Notes: generated by a model not told the origin, from the letters alone. A stretch of 64,000 bases of DNA from Antedon mediterranea (GCF_964355755.1 NC_092672.1:31316437-31380436); one strand, 5' to 3'; shown: positions 35,269-50,500, counted from the stretch's first letter. Numbers and translations: made by a program.

Positions 35269-35503
35269 TTGAGTATATCCTTACAAAATATCTCATCTCT
35301 CTCAGTTCTTGTATAAAAATATTCCATGTCAATGCTTAGATGATGATCACAACATTATCTCTTGCGGTTCTTGTTATCAAGTAAACCACATACTGCATTA
35401 TCTAATAAATATTTCTTTCTGTAAACATGTTCACAGTCTCCACAGGTAGCGACAATAAATCTAATATTCAACTGTTTTATTCAATGATTTGGTCAGTTTT
35501 CAA

Positions 35504-38500
35504 TTAAACGTCTGAAATGGATCCTCGATTTACTTCTTTTAATCGTAAGATCTCTTTTTTCGTTTGCGCAAGTTCTTCTGTTGTCTGTTGGTCTTTTTCT
35601 CGTAATGTCTGCATTTCTTGTTGACAACGCTGTAAAAGAAATCCATAAACAAACTTGTTGAAATATATTCATAATGATAGTAAAATGCTTATCTAAAAGG
35701 TATATAAAATCCATATTAGGCAAACTCGCATCATAGAAATTACGTTTGCGGGCTAATCAATGTTATTTACTATTCACCTTAAACCATACTTTCAAACAGG
35801 CTTGTGACCAGATGTACTGTACATTAAATAATAAATTATTACCTAGCCCCAGAAACAAATATTTTATTTGATGTATATATTTTTGATAACCAAAATACTC
35901 ACAATATTTTGTTGTAATAATTCAATTTTTTCTTCTTTCATTTTCTCCATCTCTGCTTTCATTTCTAAAAGTTGTTTGTTCATTTGTGATTCTTGTTGTA
36001 CGGCTATCGAGCATTTACCCCCTTCTTGACAAAATGTACACACAACTGCTGTTGGACTTGTCTTGTTACTAGATGCACAACCGGAGGACATGCTTCCCTA
36101 TGGATCAATAGTAATATATGGATAAAAAATCAATCAATTGGAATCAATAATTAATGGATATAATATTCAATCAAAATAAATAATCAATTAATTGGAATTA
36201 ATAATCATGGATTAATAGTCAATAAGAATTGATAATCAATTATTCATGAATCAATAAATCAATGTGAATTGATAAGTAATCATGAATCAATTGAATCAAT
36301 AATCAATCAATAATCATGGATTGATAATCAATAAACAATTTGAATTAATAAATCATTTATCAATCAGAATTGATAATCAATTAATCATGAATCAATTTGA
36401 ATCAATAATCAATCAATAATCATGGATTGATAATCATCAATTTGAATTATTAATAATCAAACAATAATCATGGATAAATAATTAATCAATTGGAATAAAA
36501 TATTAGAATTCTAAGATACAATGTTTCACCCTCTCTATCGTATATCATTTACATATACTAAATATTTACTAAAACCAGCAAAACAAACAAAAGGTTTTTT
36601 ATTTGTCTACGTAATTAGTAAACAAAAACAAAACTGCATGTTAAATGTGCTGTAATAGTAATCTATTTTTTATTTCTATTCTAGCAAAGTTAAATTTCAT
36701 GCACCAAATATAAAGGTGTAGAGAAACTCCAAACTGCCAAGTGATATAATAGAAATGAATTAATGCTTAGATAATACACTGTCTGCTTGCTGATAATAGT
36801 ACAATATTATAAGTATGAAACAACACATCATGTGTACACATATATTAAAGTTATTAAAAATTATTTTAGCAAAGTGCAATAAAACCTTTGCAATCAAACA
36901 TTTCAAATGAACTATCATAAACATGAAATCAAATCAAATGTAACGTTTTTCGTTTAAATCTTTCATTACGTGACAGACAGTGTGTCGTTAACTTATCAAA
37001 AGATGTCAATAAAAGTGATAAATGTAAGAGATTATTGATAACCCTTCAGCCAGAAAAGTGCAGAGGCTGTAATATTTTATTCAATTATTCATATCGATAG
37101 TGATTCATAGGGTAATCCAGTGTGTAAAGAAGACCTCCCATGGGGTACCGGGAGCAGCCAATATCGTACTTTCGATTTGGGATGATAGTAGATGGTAATT
37201 TATACAAATAACTATTCCACACAACCTCAGCACATAACTGTTTTTGTTTATTATCGGAATTAGACAATCAACTAGCATAGGTGTTTAGCACCTGTTTGGT
37301 CTTTCCGTGCCATGTATATGGCAGAAATTGAATAAATAAATAAATAAATAAATTTAACGTTCATCCATCATCTACTGTCCGAAAACAAAAGTAAACTATT
37401 GTTCATTAAAAAATGTACTAAATTATGAGAACTGTTTTTTTTTTTACATTTTTTGAAATAAAGTGATCAATAAATCAATCATATACTACGGATGAGTGCT
37501 TCGTCTCCCTTATCTTAACCTGGCTTTGTCACAAAGCCTTCTTTGTATTTTAAGACTTTAGGGCGGGGAAAAGGTGGGAGGGAGGATGGAATATGGGGTG
37601 TCAAGGATCACGATGGTTGCCACGGATCATTTTACATTAAAAAACTATACCAATTTAGGCTTATACAGTAACTGAATTAACATAGTGTTCATTGCTATCA
37701 TTCAGTAATAAATATCAATTTCATATTCCCTTATATGGTTTGGTTATAATTCCATTAAATAATACTCCTCCCTCTGCACAACCCCCAATTTTGAATTTAT
37801 TCTTTTAGTGTATTGGCACTAGCAGCATATTAATGAAAGATAGCAAAGACAGCAAGAGTGATTATTATTTTGCATGCGGTTATGAGAAAATATATAAAAT
37901 AGAATTACATTGCAAGTAGGGCAAAGGTCACTACTAACCACTCCAGTGTCGGAATCCTCTAAGTAGTGGTGCTGGTCTTCCTCGCTGTTAAAGCTATCGT
38001 ACGAGTTACTTGGCGTTAAGTTACGATGGAAGTATCGGTTATGCGATACGTCTGGCGTGCTCGGTAGCGAGTGATACGATCCAGAATTTTTGGCTGACAG
38101 CTGACTGTCGTTACTACTGTCGGATGTGTGTGATGATCGACTTAGTACACTATCCCTGGAAATCAAAATTAATATATACATATAATAATATATCTACCGT
38201 ACTACAATATTAAAAAATATTTCTATAAAATACAGTATTTGATGTTTTTTTAATCTCTGTAAAAATGTTTTGCATTGTCTTTTAGTTAAAAAAAAATTTT
38301 TGTTTTGACAGCCAATATAGTTCCAGTTCTACCTTAGCCTCATCATTATGAGACTTAGAAAACATAGATTTCCCATCATGTAATTGGTGAGTCCGGTAGT
38401 TGGATGGTGTTGAAATAATAATGTAAATATGATTATAATTGGAATAAAATATAAAAATTCCAAATACAATTTCGAATTAGACCCTCTACTTACCTTGAAG

Positions 38501-41500
38501 CTAGTTTCTTTTTCTTACTATCCTTCCTTTTCATCTTTTCACTTCCTGGACATCCATCATCCATGTTATTCAAAAGTCCTCCTGAGTTATTTCGTTGCAT
38601 TTTATTAAACCTAGATTTTGTCTGCACAAAAGAAATAGAGAACAAATCTTTACTTCAACAATTAGAAATAGTGTACAAATTACTATACGTAATAATTTGA
38701 AAAAATAATATAATTTTTAAATAGTATTAAATTTTAAATAATATTTTTTAAGGCATACGTACAGCAGGGCTAGTTTTTTCCGTTGGTTCTTGATTTACTC
38801 CGAGCGTTACACCGTTGGATTTTATCGTTCCGTTTTCGGTTGACTTTGATTTTTTAAACGCGTTCTTGAACGAATCTAGTATACTTGAGCTGTTGTTGTT
38901 ATCCGTTCCTCTTTGTAGTCCAGTCAACATATTTGGATCAACGATTGTGCTTAGTAGATGCCGATTCTTTTCCGTAAGTTGACAATATAAGTTATCGAAT
39001 AAGGCTTTCTTTGTTCGTTCCTGTAGGTAAAAAAAACCCACAAAATTAAACATACAAATTGAGTATAAATATTATACTGCTTAGTTAATATGCTTATTAT
39101 CATTATTTATACTCATATACTATTTATGTTTACACAAAATATTAGTTGTTGTTTATTATTGCAATCTTTAATCTATACTATATATAATGTATATATAGTA
39201 TATACTATATATATACTGGAATTATAATTTATGTATACATATTTTTTTTTCATTTACAAATATCGGTAGTTATTTCATTTATAATTATCATGAAACTATT
39301 GAAATATAATTTAAATAATTTTTATAAAGAAGATGTTAGTTATGTTATTATACTGTAATTTTTTATCCTAAATTATATAATTATATATTCTAGGTTATTT
39401 TTATTTTTTTAGTAATGTGTTTTGTTGTGGGTCCCTACGAGACAAGTTTTTAACTTCTAGAAGGGATCCATGATAATAATGACTACCAATTACTGCTTTA
39501 TCTATGTTCACTTTAATATCTTTTTTCTATTTTGTATATATTCATTCATTATTATCTAAATAAATATTATCTGAATCTGAGTAGTTCAGTTTCGTGTGTT
39601 TTATTCATTACTCCAAGATTGACACCATAGGTGGCAGCATTTATAATAAATTGATACAATTAGTAGTGAATATAAATTTGATTATTGTTTGAAGGTTTGC
39701 ATAGCGAAATCAAATGTTGATATAAAGTTTGCGGTACACCACGCATATTAGTTCTGAAAAGAACTGTTGAGTTTCGATCAATATGCTTTGATCATCCTTA
39801 AATCAAATCAAAGCATATTGATCAAAACGTCGAGAAACTCAACAGTTCTTTTCAGAACTATACGTGGTGTATCGCAAACTTTATATCAATAAATTTTATT
39901 ATTATTTTTTTCAAATTATTTGTCACAGTTTCCATTCACATACCTGAATCATAGCAAACTTCTGAGCTTTATAACATGCATTCTCAGCATTAAGGAGTTT
40001 GGTAAGTAAAAATTCTCGGAATTCAGTTCCCTTCTTGAAAATAGCAGGCGACGGTAGCGCCGGCCCGAATAAAGGTACATCTTCACGTGCTGTTACACTA
40101 ACCTAGAATCGTAATTGATTTTAGTAGTTAGTTGTATGACATGCGCTTCAACAAAGTGGATTAGTAAGCTAAAGTGGTCATATATTCACAATTGCTTTAT
40201 CACAAGTGAAGTTTGTGTCTGCATGTATTAGATTAGGCGAGCTATAAAGGCAGTAAATAATTCATTACCATCTCAATGAGGATGTTAACAAAATTAAATT
40301 TGATAGTTTATAAATGCCACGTCGACTATTTGAATCTGTACTAACCAAAGGTCTATTAAGGCAGTAATTCAATGGTGAGAGCACTATTTCTAAATGAATT
40401 CTTAATTCTGTCTACATTATCAAACTTAATGTGAAAAAAAATATGATGTGCCTAAATATGGTAATGATATGCCCGAATATGGTAGTGATATGACATCATC
40501 ATGTCTATATATGGGAACATCACATTTTTTTGTCACATAAAGTTTGATAATGTAGACAGAGCTTTAAATGACACAGTATTGATTGAAGTCTAGGCTAGGT
40601 TACATTATTTTGTTTATGGTATTAACAAATGAAATCCAAATGAAAAGATGAGGGGGTCATTATAGGGCAATATCTAAGGATCTTAAACAAATGTAGGCCT
40701 ACCTCATATCGAGTATTTGCTGTGTTTGGTTCTATCGGTCGAACAACGATATAAGCATGAAGGAAATTTGACGCTATCATGTCCGGTATGAATGGCGTTG
40801 CCTTGTCTTGGAAGATGATCGCTACGATATCGTTTCCAATGTGTCGCTTGCGTTGTAACTAAAATGAGGACAAAGTTCAACCATCAACATTTTGTATTCA
40901 AACTATATTTTTGGAATCAACTACAAATGATGGTTTGTCAGAAGGTGAAAATTAAAGTGAGCCCTCACTATTTATTTGTAGTTAGCTATAATTGTTGTAA
41001 ATCATTGATTTATAGGAAATAATAGTTCCCACATTCACGCAAATAAAAATACCGAAATAAACAAATAAATAAAACAAACTGTATTCATACCTGTTGCCTG
41101 TCTCCTTCTGTGTATGGTAACATAGTTGATACATGGAACATCACACCCTTGTCTTTGTGTTTTGTATAAATAGAATGTGTTCCGGTTTGGCCATGACTCA
41201 CATCCAGTCCTCCACGGAAGCTGTAAGTGGAGAAATCAAGGAATTTAGGAAAACATGATGAGATTAAGTCTGGACATTTTAGACTTGAATGTAGCAAAGA
41301 GATGAGTAATCTAACAAGATAGATATTTTATAAAATATCTATCTTCATGTTTGCTAACATTATGTAAAACATTTGACTTTCCTGGTGGCTTTTTATTTTT
41401 ATTTGTACTTTTTTTACGCATACGTATTTTGTATTTAAAGGCAGAACAAATGTGTACGAACTGATTGCGGTAACTAATACCTTGTGTGTGATGCAATTAA

Positions 41501-44500
41501 TAAAAGTTTTTTTTTTGCGTTTACAGTGGTTCATTTAGTTCTAGAAAAGTTGAGCACTTATCTCACATATTTTGCGCAACCAGTGCTTTAAGTTACAGCT
41601 TGGAGCGCTTATGTCAAAACAGTTGAATTACGTTCCATGTCAACAAAAGCCTGCTGTAAGCATTGCTAGTTTGCACATAATGTGAAAAGTGAATATATTT
41701 GATGCAACTTCCACTTGTTTTTACAGTACAAGAGAAACCCAATCTTTGTTTTTATTGTCAAAAATAAAAATACTAATAAAGAAATTATTTTCTAACAATC
41801 ATTGAGTTCTAAATTAAAGCCTTACCCTGAAAAGTTAAGTAATTGCACTTTATCTCCTAAAATCCCCAAGAATTGTTCGAGTGCTGGACTTGACGATCGA
41901 TTACTGAACAACTCTTCTTCTGTGGCTTGGCCGTGTTTTTGATAAATAACACCAAACTTGAAATTGTTGACAAGTGCGTGTTCGTCGTAAGCTGCGATAA
42001 GCTCAGAACCCTGGGAATTGAGAACAAGAGTAATGATCTTAGTTTGGTGTCGTAACAAGAATCGTTCAACCATGAAACATGTATTTGAGTTGTCAAAATG
42101 TGAAATGTCATTTGTAATTTTGTTGCAGTGTTTAAAAAATGTAATTATATATTTTCAAAATTGTGAATAAACCTTTACAACTTTTTTTGTACATTTTATT
42201 TTACAACCAATAATATCTATCTATCTCTATACTGATTACTATATCACAATCATTGTAAAAAAATGTTTGAAATTTACATTTTTTTTGCTGAAACAGTTAA
42301 TAAAATGATTTTAATTTGAATAATTTAAATACATACCTTTAGAAACAATATTGGCTGCATCTTATCAACAGTAATTTCATCTTCGAGACGCTACGAAAAA
42401 AAAGTTTATATTTAAAAACGTGAATATCAAATGAGAATTTTTGTATTTTCTTGGGTGAGGGAACTTTTTTTTTACTGTATTTTTATTGTCATCATTCATG
42501 TTTATTATCCTCGGTTTATTGCTGGGTAGCATTTAAATATTCTAGCTATAAAATAGAGAAACTACTGCTATTAAATGTATTGTATCTTTTATCGCATCAT
42601 CTTTGTCATTCAAACTATACATCAACTACTTATAAAACATCAATATATTTTAGTTATGGAAAACAATGAACTGTACAACCATTAGAAAAGCTTCAATAAA
42701 AATCAAATTATATAATAAACGCAAATCAATACAATATACCGGTATCACATGAAAATGTAACTAGATGAAAGACGATCGTAATCATTCCTGCAGACATGTT
42801 TAAAAAGACACTAACATTTTATTATGACTGCTTAAATTATGTTCTTGGGCGAACCAGTGGCAGATCCAGCATTTTTTAAATGCGGGAGCGCTGATATATA
42901 ATATTCTGTCAATCAAAAAGTTTATCATTTCATTTTAGCCGTCAAAAGGAGGAGTGTGCACCACTAGACATACCTCCTGGACCCACACTTGCTAGAACTT
43001 TATAGAATTCAGCAAACTAGTTGATTTAAGGGGAGCCTACAACATCCAATATTACTTAACTACACAGTCTATTATCCAAGTGCTAACTGGGCCCAATGTT
43101 GCCGAATTTGTTTAAACGAGAACTGCTGTTTTCAACATGGGTTTGCCATGAATATAGAAGCATTAAAAATAAGTCCATATAGGGCCTAATATCAAAAGAG
43201 GATTTTAACTCCAACTTTCTGGTTAAGAGATCAAACTCTACCATTTGTGCTAACTTTACAGAATGTACAATTTAGCAATCAATGAGAGGCTTTAGTACAG
43301 TTATGTACAAGTAGGAAATGCTCAAACCAATTTAGCAGAAAATGTCTTGGTTGCCCCCTGGGGTTTCATATTCCATGTCATAACTACTACAGGATAAAAA
43401 GGGAAACCACTATGTTTTGGTCACATGGTTTATAACTGTACTGTGTACCACCAGGAAAATGTAGAGCTAGTCTTTTTAAACATTCCTGACCTTTCTCAAC
43501 CATTCGGTCACTGACTGACTGCTGACAAGCTTACCGGATTTTTATTACATTAAACAGCCAGTCACATACGCTTTAACAACATGTACAGTATACAATTACA
43601 TTACTTTACATTAATACTTCCTCAATAACAACATTTTCACCTTTGACCCAAAGAAAATAATCATTTATACCTTGGCAAGTTTGGCTGGTAAAAACTGTGA
43701 ATCTCCTAGGCATGAATTGGGTAGTAACTCATGTATTGTTCGACTATGACTCCTTAACATTAACCTCAGATGGTCCTGGGATGCGATTACTTCTTGCTTA
43801 ACAGAAAGTATTAATGGGCCTAGGTTTTCATCTGTTGCTGTGTAATTTAGATGTTCCTGTAAAAAAATAAATGTAAAGATTGAAAAAAAATTGTTGTAAT
43901 AAAAGAAAAAATATGGTGTCAGATGTTTAATTACAGTAGTTTCGTTTAGCCTTCTGTGGGAAGTATTTTAATATCTTGGAATAATAATATCATAACAAAT
44001 CAAACATCTATATTTTGCGAAAATTTTAAAAACATCAAAGGTGAATTGAATAATGAAATTTGCTAAATAAATGAAGTTTAAATCAATTGTAAATGAATTA
44101 AAGGTGGGTGAAAGTTTTGACAAAAGGTGGGAGTTTGTTCCAAAATGTTGAGAATGCACCAACGTAAAAGCCAAATCACACAAATGAGTTCCTGATTGTA
44201 CTAAGGCATTCTAACAACAGGATGCTGAGCTCCAGCGATCAAAGGGTTTATCTGTGGCTGTTGTTAGATTGCCTTGATTGTGCCATAAACTAGTACTTTT
44301 GTATTCAATAAGGCTGAGACTATTACCTCTGTTACCTTACCTATATTACACACGCTTATGTTTTTCCACTTTTAGGATCAGCAATTTTATTTAATTCTTT
44401 GTTTGTAAAAAAAAAACTACCGGCACAAAATATTTTATTATGACCACTTTTAAGGATGTGAATGCATTATAAATATTAATTTTAAAAAGTTGCCGCAAAA

Positions 44501-47500
44501 ACCTCATTTCCTCTCCTAAATCGTTACTTACTGGTACTAATCATTTTAACGTTCTAGGTTTATGATCTAGTTGAATTATATAAAATTCTTATTTTTATTT
44601 GACGGTTATATTTTTAAAAATGAACCTAACCTTTATTATTCTATATACCATAACTAGGATAAATCCAGTGTTTATTACAAATATTAATATGTAACCATTG
44701 ACATAAAGGTCAATCCCCTTCCTTCCACTTCCCACACCTCCCTCATCCCCTCTCACACCCTAACCCTTCCACTTTCCACACCTCCCTCATCCCCTCTCAC
44801 ACCCTAACCCTTCCACTTCCCACACCTCCCTCATCCCCTCTCACACCCTAACCCTTCCACTTTCCACACCTCCCTCATCCCCTCTCACACCCTAACCCTT
44901 CCACTTCCCACACCTCCCTCATCCCCTCTCACACCCTAACCCTTCCACTTTCCACACCTCCCTCATCCCCTCTCACACCCTAACCCTTCCACTTTCCACA
45001 CCTCCCTCATCCCCTCTCACACCCTAACCCTTCCACTTCCCACACCTCCCTCATCCCCTCTCACACCCTAACCCTTCCACTTTCCACACCTCCCTCATCC
45101 CCTCTCACACCCTAACCCTTCCACTTCCCACACCTCCCTCATCCCCTCTCACACCCTAACCCTTCCACTTTCCACACCTCCCTCATCCCCTCTCACACCC
45201 TAACCCTTCCACTTTCCACACCTCCCTCATCCCCTCTCACACCCTAACCCTTCCACTTTCCACACCTCCCTCATCCCCTCTCACACCCTAACCCTTCCAC
45301 TTCCCACACCTCCCTCATCCCCTCTCACACCCTAACCCTTCCACTTTCCACACCTCCCTCATCCCCTCTCACACCCTAACCCTTCCACTTTCCACACCTC
45401 CCTCATCCCCTCTCACACCCTAACCCTTCCACTTTCCACACCTCCCTCATCCCCTCTCACACCCTAACCCTTGTATAATTATGCAAAATGCTTATTATGG
45501 TATATTTACACCTTTTGGACCTCAGGAATACTGTACCACCTAATAGTAATACAGTATAGAACCGCTATTGAGGGGACATCTTCAGACCTCAGGAATACCT
45601 CCTAATACAGTATAGAACCGCTATTGAGGGGACATCTTCAGACCTCAGGAACACTGTACCACCTAATAGTAATACAGTATAGAACCGCTATTGAGGGGAC
45701 ATCTTCAGACCTCAGGAATACCTCCTAATACAGTATAGAACCGCTATTGAGGGGACATCTTCATACCTCAGGAATACCTCCTAATACAGTATAGAACCGC
45801 TATTGAGGGGACATCTTCAGACCTCAGGAATACCTCCTAATACAGTATAGAACCGCTATTGAGGGGACATCTTCAGACCTCAGGAATACCTCCTAATACA
45901 GTATAGAACCGCTATTGAGGGGACATCTTCATACCTCAGGAATACCTCCTAATACAGTATAGAACCGCTATTGAGGGGACATCTTCAGACCTCAGGAATA
46001 CCTCCTAATACAGTATAGAACCGCTATTGAGGGGACATCTTCAGACCTCAGGAATACCTCCTAATACAGTATAGAACCGCTATTGAGGGGACATCTTCAG
46101 ACCTCAGGAATACCTCCTAATACAGTATAGAACCGCTATTGAGGGGACATCTTCAGACCTCAGGAATACCTCCTAATACAGTATAAAACCGCTATTGAGG
46201 GGACATCTTCAGACCTCAGGAATACCTCCTAATACAGTATAAAACCGCTATTGAGGGGACATCTTCAGACCTCAGGAATACCTCCTAATACAGTATAGAA
46301 CTGCTATTGAGGGGACATCTTCAGACCTCAGGAATACCTCCTAATACAGTATAGAACCGCTATTGAGGGGACATCTTCAGACCTCAGGAATACCTCCTAA
46401 TACAGTATAGAACCGCTATTGAGGGGACATCTTCAGACCTCAGGAATACCTCCTAATACAGTATAGAACCGCTATTGAGGGGACATCTTCAGACCTCAGG
46501 AATACCTCCTAATACAGTATAGAACCGCTATTGAGGGGACACCTTCAGACCTCAGGAATACCTCCTAATACAGTATAAAACCGCTATTGAGGGGACATCT
46601 TCAGACCTCAGGAATACCTCCTAATACAGTATAGAACCGCTATTGAGGGGACATCTTCAGACCTCAGGAATACCTCCTAATACAGTATAGAACCGCTATT
46701 GAGGGGACATCTTCAGACCTCAGGAATACCTCCTAATACAGTATAGAACCGCTATTGAGGGGACATCTTCAGACCTCAGGAATACCTCCTAATACAGTAT
46801 AGAACCGCTATTGAGGGGACATCTTCAGACCTCAGGAATACCTCCTAATACAGTATAAAACCGCTATTGAGGGGACATCTTCAGACCTCAGGAATACCTC
46901 CTAATACAGTATAGAACCGCTATTGAGGGGACATCTTCAGACCTCAGAAATACCTCCTAATACAGTATAGAACCGCTATTGAGGGGACATCTTCAGACCT
47001 CAGGAATACCTCCTAATACAGTATAGAACCGCTATTGAGGGGACATCTTTAGACCTCAAGAATACCTCCTAATACAGTATAGAACCGCTATTGAGGGGAC
47101 ATCTTTAGACCTCAGGAATACCTCCTAATACAGTATAAAACCGCTATTGAGGGGACATCTTCAGACCTCAGGAATACCTCCTAATACAGTATAGAACCGC
47201 TATTGAGGGGACATCTTCAGACCTCAGGAATACCTCCTAATACAGTATAGAACCGCTATTGAGGGGACATCTTCAGACCTCAGGAATACCTCCTAATACA
47301 GTATAGAACCGCTATTGAGGGGACATCTTCAGACCTCAGGAATACCTCCTAATACAGTATAGAACCGCTATTGAGGGGACATCTTCAGACCTCAGGAATA
47401 CCTCCTAATACAGTATAGAACCGCTATTGAGGGGACATCTTCAGACCTCAGGAATACCTCCTAATACAGTATAGAACCGCTATTGAGGGGACATCTTCAG

Positions 47501-50500
47501 ACCTCAGGAATACTGTACCACCTAATAGTAATACAGTATAGAACCGCTATTGAGGGGACATCTTCAGGACCAAACAAAGTGTCACCTTATAGGGTGTCCC
47601 TATAATAGGTGTTTGCATGCTTTAAGTGTTAAAACATACAATGCCACGTTCGTTCTATGGGAAATTGTCTCTTTAATAGGGGTTGTCTCTCCTAGTCTTT
47701 CCTCAACCATAGAGATATAATATCTCTATGCCTCAACACAATACATTAAGTTTTAGTTTAAGTTACGTGTGCTCTTTTATATTTTTGTTGTAACAAGTAT
47801 TGTGAATGATGTACCGTATAACTCTATATAATTGTATAATTGTTATGTATGTAGTGTATGAAATGACACATTTCCAATTGTATATACTGTGTATGTAGGA
47901 CAATAAAAGTTTTTTGAATTTGAATTTTGAATTTGAAAGAAGGGTTATACTGTACTAATTTTGTGTTTAAGCTGGGCATACCTGTTTGACTGTACAGTAG
48001 TTATAAATAGAATTATTAGTCCAACAATAAAACACATCTACGTGACAGCCATCCGTCACGTCCACCATTTATAAAAATGTAAAATTTAATAACGTATTAT
48101 GTCATTCTTGACTAACCTTGCCAAGAAAACATCTTCTGTACATTTTAGCCGTGTCGTCAAATTCAAGTTTATTCTCCGACGTTAAGTGTTCTGTTTTTTG
48201 TTTAATCTCCTGACTCTTTGGGGAATCGTCATGGATACCGTCAATCCAGTATCCACCATCTTGCGGTTGGATAATTGATGGCGGTTCGCTCTCTTTTTCC
48301 GTTGATGTTTTCAAAACCTGCCGAGACATACAAAAGCAATTAAATGTTGAATGTAATTTATGGTTGTATTTTGCGTAGTGTACTACTCCCTCTACTTGGA
48401 CGACTGAGATGATGATACTGACAATATATAATATGAACATGATTTTGATAATAATGAATATGATTATTATATCAAAATGATAATGATGTTCATAATAATG
48501 ATTTTGGTGATAATAGTGATTATGGTGATAATAGTGATTATGGTGATAATAGTGATTATGGTGATAATAGTGATTATGGTGATAATAGTGATTATGGTGA
48601 TAATAGTGATTATGGTGATAATAGTGATTATGGTGATAATAGTGATTATGGTGATAATAGTGATTATGGTGATAATAGTGATTATGGTGATAATAGTGAT
48701 TATGGTGATAATAGTGATTATGGTGATAATAGTGATTATGGTGATAATAGTGATTATGGTGATAATAGTGATTTTGGTGATAATACCTTTGATGAAATAG
48801 TACAGTAACGTTGATTATGATGGTAATGCTAATGTTAATAATTACGATAATGATAATGACAATAAGAAAATAATAAATACAATGTGTGTGATTATAACTT
48901 AATAAAACCTACCTCTTGTATTTTCTCTGTATTTGACCTTCGTGTTTGTGACCTTGTTCTCTTTGGAGAGTTTGGTCCTGGACTTGGAATCTACAAAACA
49001 AACACAAAATTTCAAAATTAATTTTTGTTCTTTATAAACTGATTATTACCGTATATACTAATTCCAATTCAGTTTAATATTGCATAGTACAACCATAATA
49101 TATTATTTTCTACATCAACCTCCTCAAGGGTAGAATTTTTTTCTTTCATTGAAGAAACGCGCTTTAGTCATAAAAATACCATTGCGATAACACATTGTGA
49201 AAGAGTACGCAGTGAACAATATAATAATTTTTTAATTTTGATAGACAATTATCCATTCTTCTGGTATAAAGAGAGACATGGGGTGGATTTAATGAGAGCC
49301 GTATTATTTAGCTTAATCCTACGACAAAGACATATGCAAATATTTTAAATTTCTAACCATTTTAAAATAAACCTTACAGTACCTATAATCATAGCATTAC
49401 ATTCTTAAAATAGATAAACAAAGACTTTGATAGATTTGATCTGCTTCAATTACTCCACAACAAATTTTTTAACAAGAACTTAATTTTCCACTGAGTAATT
49501 ACTTAAATATTGCAAACAATAACAATTATGTGAGTTCCAAATTGAAGGATTGTTAATATTCAAAGCCAGAGAAGAGACATTTTACGAAGAAATTGTTTTT
49601 TGTACGGTACATTACAGTAGGAATTTAAAACATATTTGTTGTAGACAATAAGAACCTAAGTATATTACAGTTTTACGAAATATGGACAGCCATCAGGGCC
49701 AAAATAGTAAAAATATTACAGTATATGACCAGGTATAACAAATCATCTGACCATAGTCCCAGGGGCCTAGTTAAACAATTTAGGGAAAATTAGGGGGTGG
49801 GGTTATACTTGAAAGAAGTTGCTAGGATATTAATGTCATATCTCTACAATTAATAACATGGTTTATCTTTATCTTGACACATTACGCTAACTAAGATGAC
49901 AGAATAACCTAATCTTCACACCATCACCGTCTTAACAAACATAAATCACAAAAATGAATGCAGAATGTATCAAAAACAATGACGACACATTACATCTATA
50001 GTGTAAACATACTGGCTAAAGTAGCCAGATTTAATGGGGGAAAACATTGCTTCTTTACTGGCTGAAAGAAAAAAAAATTAACTTCTCCAAAACACAAACT
50101 GGACAAAAAAAAAGAAGCCAGATAAGAAATCCCCCTCCTCCACAAAATAAATAAATGAACATTCTCCGAACCAAAACAAAACCAAAAACACTATAGTTGC
50201 AAAAAGGCCAGTTAATATATAAAAACGAAAACATTTCTTTTCTAAAACACAAGGAATGGCTACAAAAGAAAGAGTCAGATTCAATGGAAAAAAAACCCAT
50301 TGCTTCTGTAAACAGTCATCAATAAGAATCACAAACTGGCCACAACAAGAATAATAAATAGACAGGTAGTATCAAAGCCAATTGGCAAAACATGTGTACA
50401 ATACATCACCAATTTTGATGAGGTAATTAAGATCTTTCCGCCCTAATGAAAGCAGACAATCGAAAGCTTAGACCCATGCTGCTTTGGTCTTACAAAGTAC

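Noticed and set aside
37487-37519. Possible 33-nt extra Rap1GAP exon ([11 protein letters not shown])
   Set aside because: The acceptor lacks a pyrimidine tract, the donor (GTATAT) is weak, and inclusion would split the DTGV|GSMSS motif.
44716-45472. Interstitial telomere
   Set aside because: There is only about one and a half TTAGGG per 44-bp unit, not a (TTAGGG)n tract.
45518-47566. Possible CRISPR-like array (also 3550-3860, 16541-16725, 22040-22945)
   Set aside because: The units are fully repeated with no unique spacers, the context is eukaryotic, and there are no cas genes.
48477-48800. 107-aa MVIIVI-repeat hydrophobic ORF
   Set aside because: It is a pure 18-bp tandem repeat in a Rap1GAP intron, on the opposite strand.
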